This document shows, one piece after another, positions 57,702-64,000 of a stretch of 64,000 nucleotides of DNA. The DNA comes from Escherichia phage Cyrano, in the sequence record OV696614; one strand, given 5' to 3'. Numbering within the stretch: position 1 is the first letter of the stretch; each line of letters begins with the position of its first letter. A model generated the notes under the pieces. The model searched no databases and had not been told where the DNA came from. It worked only from the letters and a program-made list of their open reading frames with translations. The translations under genes and the position numbers were made by a program.

Positions 57702-58532
57702 ATGAAGAAAGGTTTACTTGCAGTTGCTCTGGCGGCTATTTGCACAATGGGTCTTACTGGCTGCGATCGCGTGGAGCCTGGATACGTTGGCATCAAAGTA
57801 AACAAATTAGGTGAAGACAAAGGGATTGGTGAAGTGGTTGGCGTTGGTCGCCAATGGACAGGTCTTAACACCGAACTTTACGTATTCCCGACCTTCAAAC
57901 AAATGAAGACCTACGACGAGCCGTTCACATTCCAGATGAGTGACGGTACTGCTATTGGTCACAAAATTGGCGTTGCGTATCTGGTTAATCGTGACAAGGT
58001 AACGACGGTGTTCCAGACCTATCGCAAAGGCGTAGACGATATCACCGAATCAGATCTGCGTCAGAAAATTGCCGACTCTCTAAACCGTTTGGCCAGCCGT
58101 ATGACCACTGACTCATTTATCGACGGTGGTAAGGCACAATTGCTGGACAACGCACTGAAAGATATTCAGAAAGAGATGTCTCCGGTTGGTATTGAGGTAC
58201 TGAGCCTGTCATGGGTTGGAAAGCCTGATTACCCAAAAACTGTCATTGAATCTATTAACGCCAAAGTAACGGCTAACCAGCGTACTCTGCAACGTCAGCA
58301 GGAAGTTGAACAACGTAAAGCTGAGGCGAATATGCTACGTGAACAGGCTAATGGTGAAGCTGATGCTATCCGTGCTCGTGCGCAAGCAGAAGCAGACGCC
58401 ATTCGTCTGCGCGGTGAAGCTCTGCGTCAAAACCCGAACGTTATGGAACTGGAAGCCATCAATAAATGGAATGGCCAGTTACCGCAGTACATGACTCAAG
58501 GGGCTAACACTCCTTTCATTACAGTGAAATAA
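57702..58532 (+). CDS. SPFH/band-7 (prohibitin/HflK-like) lipoprotein
   Basis: 276 aa; lipobox LTGC; SPFH-like core and C-terminal Ala/Glu/Arg-rich coiled coil (EADAIRARAQAEADAIRLRGEAL). Confidence 0.65.
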   Translation: MKKGLLAVALAAICTMGLTGCDRVEPGYVGIKVNKLGEDKGIGEVVGVGRQWTGLNTELYVFPTFKQMKTYDEPFTFQMSDGTAIGHKIGVAYLVNRDKVTTVFQTYRKGVDDITESDLRQKIADSLNRLASRMTTDSFIDGGKAQLLDNALKDIQKEMSPVGIEVLSLSWVGKPDYPKTVIESINAKVTANQRTLQRQQEVEQRKAEANMLREQANGEADAIRARAQAEADAIRLRGEALRQNPNVMELEAINKWNGQLPQYMTQGANTPFITVK

Positions 58533-58547
58533 CTCCCCTTAAAAGTT

Positions 58548-58574
58548 CAGGCGTCCAGTTGGACGCCTTTTTTA
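58548..58574 (+). terminator. hairpin terminator (GGCGTC family)
   Basis: AGGCGTCC-agtt-GGACGCC followed by TTTTTTA. Confidence 0.7.
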
Positions 58575-58746
58575 TCGCAATTATCTTATTAAGAAAACAA
58601 TTTGTTTAAAGGGTTAAGAAAATATAACAGCTATTAAGAAACTCTACGATGCCGCAAACGCGGCTCTGGATGTTATTGATGATGAAGTATCAAAAGGCTT
58701 TCCTGAACCTGATTGGGCGCATCAGCTACGAAACGCTATCGCCGAA

Positions 58747-59049
58747 ATGAATCCACCAGATCCGACCACCGAGGAGACAGACTGGCAGCGATTCATCCGT
58801 ATGTACGCTCAGGAAATAGGTCCAACGCCAACGGCAGAGCAGGCAATGCTGCTGAAATACTTCAAAGAGGCGGGAGAGGATTTACCAATTGATGACTCAG
58901 CATATTGGTTCCACTGCGCATGGCGTAAGTATGACGTGATATTCACACAAGGCATGGGAAGCAAAGATATGGTTGTGTGGCATCTACTCCATATAGACAC
59001 AGCCGTTGACAGAGTTATTGAACAGTTTTTCCCTAAACAAGAAGATTGA
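58747..59049 (+). CDS. hypothetical protein
   Basis: 100 aa; reading frame is open further upstream without a canonical start. Confidence 0.35.
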   Translation: MNPPDPTTEETDWQRFIRMYAQEIGPTPTAEQAMLLKYFKEAGEDLPIDDSAYWFHCAWRKYDVIFTQGMGSKDMVVWHLLHIDTAVDRVIEQFFPKQED

Positions 59050-59104
59050 TCGCCTATTCATAACTAACAAAATAAGTAAACACTAACCACAAAAGGAAAA
59101 ACAC

Positions 59105-59380
59105 ATGAGAGTTTTAGTTCGAATCGTTACCAGCACTGTCTATGACGTGTTTCCGGTTTTTATGGTCAAAGCCGATGGCCTTAACGACGAAGAAACTGAC
59201 GCGCTGATCCAGCGTATTCTCGTTGAATATACAGGTCATGACGCTGATTCAGTGATGGTTGATGATGATGGTGTTTGTTGGCATAACGGCAACTGTTGGT
59301 ACGTAGAAGAGACTCAACAAATCAGTGATGAAGATGCCGAACATCTTGAGCGTATTTTAAGCATCAGCACTTTTGAGTGA
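59105..59380 (+). CDS. small acidic hypothetical protein
   Basis: 91 aa, Asp/Glu-rich; conserved leader AAAAGGAAAAACACATG. Confidence 0.35.
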   Translation: MRVLVRIVTSTVYDVFPVFMVKADGLNDEETDALIQRILVEYTGHDADSVMVDDDGVCWHNGNCWYVEETQQISDEDAEHLERILSISTFE

Positions 59381-59595
59381 GTTTACAGTAAAATTTATAT
59401 AAGTTAGTATCTACCTATCATGAAGATTTTTATTGAATACTTGTTACTCATCGTTTCAATAGCTTTTGTCATCGACTGCATTTTCACTGGTGTCATTCGT
59501 AAAGTCTTTTCCCCGGTGCACGACGTAGTCATAAACGCTTTGGCTATCGTGCTCGTATTTAATTCAGCATTTGATGTAATCAAAGAGGTGGCAGC

Positions 59596-59931
59596 ATGAA
59601 GGCCATCCCATTCGCGCTGTTGTTCCTTTCTTCGATCGTTGTGGCCGACACCACTGTTTATCAGTGTGAAATGTCTGTAGCCGACGTTAAGAATGGCGCT
59701 CTTACCGACGTCATAAAAGCACCATATGGAGCGATGGTCGTAGACAGCGGCGACCAGTTCTATGTTGTGCGTGACGATCGAGTGTTGTCATCCCCATATC
59801 TCACAAATCGTAATGGCAAATTAACCGGCGTCGGAGAAGACCACTTCGTATACAACAAATACAAGGGCTTCTATGGCGTTCACGCTTCTCAGCAAAGCTA
59901 CCTTTTCGATGACTGCAAGGAGGTTGGATAA
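59596..59931 (+). CDS. small secreted protein (signal peptide)
   Basis: 111 aa, N-terminal signal peptide MKAIPFALLFLSSIVVA. Confidence 0.4.
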   Translation: MKAIPFALLFLSSIVVADTTVYQCEMSVADVKNGALTDVIKAPYGAMVVDSGDQFYVVRDDRVLSSPYLTNRNGKLTGVGEDHFVYNKYKGFYGVHASQQSYLFDDCKEVG

Positions 59932-60143
59932 TGGCATTAACACTGGCAGGTCTGGAAATCGAGAAAACAAGCGGCTACTGGCGTGCCAAGGGTTTCAAGC
60001 AACCTGGCATTCTTGAGCGTCTGGAACGTGAAGATGGGTATATCGTCCACCAGCGGCGTGAATGGCGTATGTACAATCCAGAAACAGGAAAACTGACTAC
60101 AAAAGCCGGAACACTTTGGGGTCTGTTGAAGAAAATACACTAA
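59931..60143 (+). CDS. hypothetical small protein
   Basis: 70 aa, start overlaps previous stop. Confidence 0.3.
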   Translation: MALTLAGLEIEKTSGYWRAKGFKQPGILERLEREDGYIVHQRREWRMYNPETGKLTTKAGTLWGLLKKIH

Positions 60144-60152
60144 TAGCACCAA

Positions 60153-60631
60153 CCACTGCGGTGAGTAGTCTGCTCACCGCATTCGTATCCAGCTCATTAT
60201 CCACTGTAGTCAGTAACAAAACCTTCCTACATATCTGCTAACCACTGTAGCGAGTAGACAGCCTTTCATTCGCATCAAACAACCACTATGGTGAGTATTG
60301 GAGTGAGATGTCCAGCGGGTATCCACTATGGTGAGTAAGCCTTTGCTGTTTTCAGTGGATATCCACTCGCCACAGTGGATACGCTCAAAGATGAGGGCGA
60401 CAACAACCACTATAGACAGTAAATTTTCCAAGATACCCAGTGACCACTAACCTCGCAGCCCTTGTTTCATCAGTGTTAGTGATCACTAACATTTAATTCA
60501 GTATTTGCATTCTACTGCCTACAGTGGTTATCAACAGATAACGATACTCACTATAGTGGATAGCGAATTACAGATATAAGTAAGGCTCACTACAGTGGAT
60601 AGTGAGCCTTACTACTAACTACAGTGGTTGG
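60153..60631. repeat. iteron array downstream of repA (P1 incA-like)
   Basis: at least 6 copies of CCACT(G/A)T(A/G)G..AGTA at ~40 bp spacing (60153, 60201, 60242, 60283, 60323, 60407) plus inverted ACAGTGG copies at 60519-60631. Confidence 0.7.
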
Positions 60632-60632
60632 G

Positions 60633-61688
60633 CTATTTGCGAGTCTTTGCCTTGCGCAACTCTTCGAGAAGCGCCAGTTCTTCTTTACTCAACATGACCA
60701 TTTTGCCTTCTTTTTCGTCAGGCACAACGTCGATAATGTCATCTTGATTCTCATCTGGGAGGCTATATTCCGTCTCATCATTATCGATTTTTGTTGATAT
60801 TTGTGCCTGGCGTAACTTTGGCCGCCTATAGTGGATGACGAAGTAGACCGAGTTTCCGCGCTTAACTTCCGTGTAATCGAGATATCCTATCTCTCGCAGC
60901 TGTTCCATAGCCTTTCTTACCGTCGCATTCTGAGTAATAGTGCGACTTGTCAGATTAAGTCTGGCGCGTAAACGGGCTAGTGATATTGGTGCCGGATCAG
61001 GCGGCAAACTTTCAATAAAAGTATAAAGCGCCTGAGCGGATTCTTTTCTTGAGAGTTCGTTTATAGCCCGGAGTTGCAGAAGAACCTTTTTGTCGAACTG
61101 GTAGAGTTCGAAAATCTTGGGATCTGCTTTCAGTTCGACCGTATCGTGCTTGACACTATATTTTGCCGTTTGCACAAGATGCGTTACGTAAAACTCATCA
61201 GAGCCTTTGCTACGGAACGAGATGGTATTTGTGGCAATACGGCTTAGCGAACTGTCCAGGCGTTTGCGTAACTTCGCTGATGACCTGGCGGTCGGAATGC
61301 CACACAGCCTTACAAACTCAACGAACGGCAACGTGACAGTATCGCCAACGACCTTGTGTTTGGCAAACGCGTGGATTATTCCCACCCACGTTTTAAAGTC
61401 GTTATCCATATCAAGCCGAAGGCCAGAGATCCTTATGTCTTCGTACCCTTCGGCTTTTGCCAGAGACAGCTGTTTGAGTTCAGCAGAGGCATCCATAGAG
61501 ACCATTTGCCCCTTTCTTCCTCTGGATGTCGATTTCAGCGTCGGAACGAAGAGGCCCAGACGCATCAAAGCAACAGGCTGAACAGTGTTATTAGTGTTAG
61601 GAACCAACGTAACAACTTCGCCTGTCTTTTTATCTGTTTCTGAAAATGCTTCAACGATCGCTATGTTTTTATTGCCGTTTTCGCTCAT
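60633..61688 (-). CDS. repA: replication initiator RepA (P1 / RepFIB family)
   Basis: 351 aa; strong resemblance to P1 RepA as I recall it ([60 protein letters not shown]); flanked by iterons. Confidence 0.9.
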   Translation of the reverse strand: MSENGNKNIAIVEAFSETDKKTGEVVTLVPNTNNTVQPVALMRLGLFVPTLKSTSRGRKGQMVSMDASAELKQLSLAKAEGYEDIRISGLRLDMDNDFKTWVGIIHAFAKHKVVGDTVTLPFVEFVRLCGIPTARSSAKLRKRLDSSLSRIATNTISFRSKGSDEFYVTHLVQTAKYSVKHDTVELKADPKIFELYQFDKKVLLQLRAINELSRKESAQALYTFIESLPPDPAPISLARLRARLNLTSRTITQNATVRKAMEQLREIGYLDYTEVKRGNSVYFVIHYRRPKLRQAQISTKIDNDETEYSLPDENQDDIIDVVPDEKEGKMVMLSKEELALLEELRKAKTRK

Positions 61689-61734
61689 TCCAAATGTCTC
61701 TTGTTATTCGACGGCTTTGGTGGCCTTTGCTGAT

Positions 61735-61852
61735 TACAGTGGATAGTAGCACTCATCACAGCGGTTATCCTACCGTCTATAGTGGTTTTTCTCCTCTCTA
61801 TAGTGGTTGCTTTGCTCCCTATAGTGGATTATTCGCTCTCTATAGTGGATAT
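61735..61852. repeat. iteron array upstream of repA (origin iterons)
   Basis: six copies of C(T/C)CTATAGTGG(A/T)T-type repeats at ~21 bp spacing. Confidence 0.7.
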
Positions 61853-61895
61853 CGATCATGTCTGAAGGCAGATGGCACAACGGTTTGAGGTGGGC

Positions 61896-62113
61896 GGGGA
61901 TCTTATTGGGTCTTTATGGGTCTCTTTGGTTCTCTTTGTGATCTGAATTACTGGATCGGGCCTGTGGATAAAAATCAGAGGATTTCAAGAACAGGTAACT
62001 CTACTCTTCTGTGGATATTTAAGGACATAAGAATCATGACTAAGAGTAGAGTTTAAAATATATCTATGTATATCAGTATGTTAATGAAGAATTAAGTCAT
62101 TAAGTTATCCATA
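61896..62113. promoter_or_regulatory. origin-like region: GATC-containing 10-11 bp repeats, DnaA boxes and AT-rich stretch
   Basis: TGTGGATAA (61963-61971, perfect DnaA box), TGTGGATAT (62010-62018), TTATCCATA (62105-62113); AT-rich 62040-62105; GGGTCT/GATCT repeats 61896-61957. Confidence 0.5.
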
Positions 62114-62132
62114 AAAGACAATGTGCTCTACT

Positions 62133-62233
62133 CTCTACAGTGGATATATACAGCTCTCCAGAGTGGTTGTTTTACTCTTCATAGCGGTTATTCAGCTCTC
62201 TACAGAGGTTTCTTTGCTCTCCATAGTGGATGG
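62133..62233. repeat. second iteron array (five copies, ~21 bp spacing)
   Basis: CTCTACAGTGGATAT, CCAGAGTGGTTG, CATAGCGGTTA, CTACAGAGGTT, CCATAGTGGATGG. Confidence 0.65.
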
Positions 62234-62272
62234 CAACACCCTTTCAGACCAGTAACCGCAACGGCTAGAGGC

Positions 62273-62330
62273 GATCGGGGATCTCTTTGGATCTTCTATT
62301 TGATCTTACTTGGGATCTCTTATTTGGATC
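62273..62330. repeat. GATC cluster (six GATC in 58 bp) in ~14 bp repeats
   Basis: GCGATCGGGGATCTCTTTGGATCTTCTATTTGATCTTACTTGGGATCTCTTATTTGGATC. Confidence 0.55.
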
Positions 62331-62431
62331 TATCCAGTGGATAACTGGGATAAGTAAAACAGGCAAATGCAGATTAAGGTATGCCTAATGAGTTATCGTA
62401 GCATCGGCCAATAACTACTGAAAAAACGATT

Positions 62432-63076
62432 ATGGATCTAAAACGCACGCGCTGGGTTCGTCGTCTTGAGGACGGCTCCTACACTATCGAATCAAATTCC
62501 AACCTGAATAAGCAGAAGTTACTTTGTGATATCTGCGGTATAGCGGCGAAGTGCCCGATCTACGAAACCAGAATTAAACTTGATAAGGCTGGTGTGAACT
62601 TTCATTTGAATAGTTGTATCAGGTACGTTCCATTGCTCGCATTTCGTAAACCGATCATCGGATTGGATGCGCCCTACTTCAACACACTCCGTTCAGGAGT
62701 AACGTGGCGAGATCGTTTAACACCAGACAAACTGATTTGCCTTGTATCCGCAGATACAGGAAAAATCATTCGTTTTGGGAAAGTAGACAAGGTTTACTCA
62801 GGCCCAGTTGACGAGATGTTGCGGAAACACAGCCGGTTTAATCACCTCTGCATGGGTGGTGAGAAAATCGAGAAGGTTGAAGAAGTGATCCGCAAATCCT
62901 ACGGACACTTCCTGACCAAAGATAGCCTGCTCACTGCAATCTACATCAGACATGTAAAACGTGAGTTCGACCTTGAATACCATAGCGAAGAAGAACTGAA
63001 CCTTGTCGATCCACGTCCTAAAGCTGGCGTCATAAGCATAAATGCAGCGCGTAAAAAGCCCACTGACGCGCTGTAA
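62432..63076 (+). CDS. hypothetical protein
   Basis: 214 aa, AT-rich, several Cys; no recognisable motif. Confidence 0.35.
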   Translation: MDLKRTRWVRRLEDGSYTIESNSNLNKQKLLCDICGIAAKCPIYETRIKLDKAGVNFHLNSCIRYVPLLAFRKPIIGLDAPYFNTLRSGVTWRDRLTPDKLICLVSADTGKIIRFGKVDKVYSGPVDEMLRKHSRFNHLCMGGEKIEKVEEVIRKSYGHFLTKDSLLTAIYIRHVKREFDLEYHSEEELNLVDPRPKAGVISINAARKKPTDAL

Positions 63077-63330
63077 CCCTCCAGATCGTATATTGGCGTA
63101 GATAGAATCTACGCCCCCTCAAAATAGCTCTCATAGCGTTCTACAGTGATCCAGTCTTATTTTTAGTCATACAGACAAGCAAAGTTGCGCCACGATAAAT
63201 AGGTATATACTTACTTATAAATTTTGTATATTAAGGCGCTCGTTTCATTCCTAACATACCGTTATGCATAGTTGTTTACCTCCTCATTGCTCTTAGAATT
63301 TGTATCAAAATAACCACAAAGGAAAAACAC

Positions 63331-64000
63331 ATGACTTTGCCATACGGCGTCATTTCTGACTGCCACTACCACAAATGGGATGCGTTCTCCACGACGAACG
63401 CTGAGGGGCTTAACTCCAGACTTGAAATACAGTTGGAAGCAACGAAAGAAGCAGCCATCGCCATGAAGAAGGCCGGTTGTAAGTACATGTTGGTTGCCGG
63501 TGATACATTTCACGTCCGAGGAACTGTGTCCCCTTCTGTTTTGCATTACGTAACTGAAACGTACAAGTGGATTATCAACGAGCTTGATCTGACAGTAGTA
63601 ATGCTGGCCGGTAATCACGATCTTGAAACCAACGATTCAGTATATAGCGCCAACGCAGCAGCATCGCTGAGTTCTATCGGCGTGGTAATCGTATGTGGCA
63701 AGCGCCCACACTCAATAAAAATTGGTGATGTGACTGTCCACCTGATTAGCTGGCGTAACAATCATGCGGAGCTTATCAGCGATCTGAAAGCATTACGTAA
63801 GAGCGTAGAAGGTGATAATCATGACGTTGTTATCCATACATCCATTAACAAAGCCATTCCAACAATGCCTGACGTCGGTATCGATGCGCAGGAGTTAAAG
63901 GATATCGGCTTTCGTCTCGTGCTTAGTGGGCATTACCACAACCACAAAGAGGTCATTCCTGGAGTTATCAGTGTCGGTGCACTGACTCATCAAAATTGGG
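63331..64000 (+). CDS. calcineurin-like metallophosphoesterase, SbcD/Mre11-like nuclease (3' partial, runs off window)
   Basis: found by hand (truncated at window end so absent from ORF track); motifs D.H (ISDCHYH), GD..H (AGDTFH), GNHD (AGNHD), GH.H (SGHYHNH); leader AAAGGAAAAACACATG. Confidence 0.6.
   Translation, partial: MTLPYGVISDCHYHKWDAFSTTNAEGLNSRLEIQLEATKEAAIAMKKAGCKYMLVAGDTFHVRGTVSPSVLHYVTETYKWIINELDLTVVMLAGNHDLETNDSVYSANAAASLSSIGVVIVCGKRPHSIKIGDVTVHLISWRNNHAELISDLKALRKSVEGDNHDVVIHTSINKAIPTMPDVGIDAQELKDIGFRLVLSGHYHNHKEVIPGVISVGALTHQNW

Noticed and set aside
60153-62344. Possible CRISPR array, and + strand ORFs 61646..61888 and 62123..62344
   Set aside because: Repeats are degenerate, spacers are not unique-sequence units of constant length, there are no cas genes, and the repeats flank a RepA gene in the pattern of plasmid iterons; the ORFs translate iteron DNA into repetitive nonsense.

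Overview
This window reads as a large contiguous piece of a temperate siphovirus-type phage-plasmid (a prophage that replicates as a plasmid). From the sequence itself it carries: (i) a complete virion module on the + strand (terminase small/large, portal, scaffold, capsid, Ig-like decoration protein, head-tail genes, major tail protein, G/T-like chaperone, tape measure, then lambda-like M-L-K-I-J tail tip genes and a lambda Stf-like side tail fibre); (ii) a lysis cassette with an Rz1-type lipoprotein gene embedded in the Rz-type gene; (iii) plasmid maintenance functions (GNAT/RHH toxin-antitoxin pair, ParA plus small partner, and a P1-type RepA replicon with iteron arrays, DnaA boxes, an AT-rich stretch and GATC clusters); (iv) an unusually complete element-encoded DNA metabolism set (DnaB-like helicase, primase, ATP-dependent ligase, DnaE-type polymerase, gp32-like SSB, FEN-type exonuclease, RecA-family recombinase interrupted by an intein, partial SbcD/Mre11-like phosphoesterase); (v) three tandem tRNA genes next to a ~750 bp structured non-coding region; and (vi) several cargo modules of unclear function (MoxR/CobS-like AAA+ ATPase with CobT-like vWA protein, HicAB-like pair, DUF2971-like protein, SPFH lipoprotein, tandem small membrane proteins). 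The most striking sequence-level signals that genes do not explain are two families of dispersed palindromic intergenic motifs (GTAAGTA..TACTTAC and AAACAA-N-TTGTTT) sitting in front of many operons, consistent with a genome-wide operator/promoter network; a candidate HTH regulator carries a near-perfect copy in its own promoter. All homology statements are from reading the translated ORFs by eye against remembered family signatures; no database search was possible, so family names are hypotheses to be confirmed. I could not identify any single system as definitively novel; the candidates are ranked by interest below.
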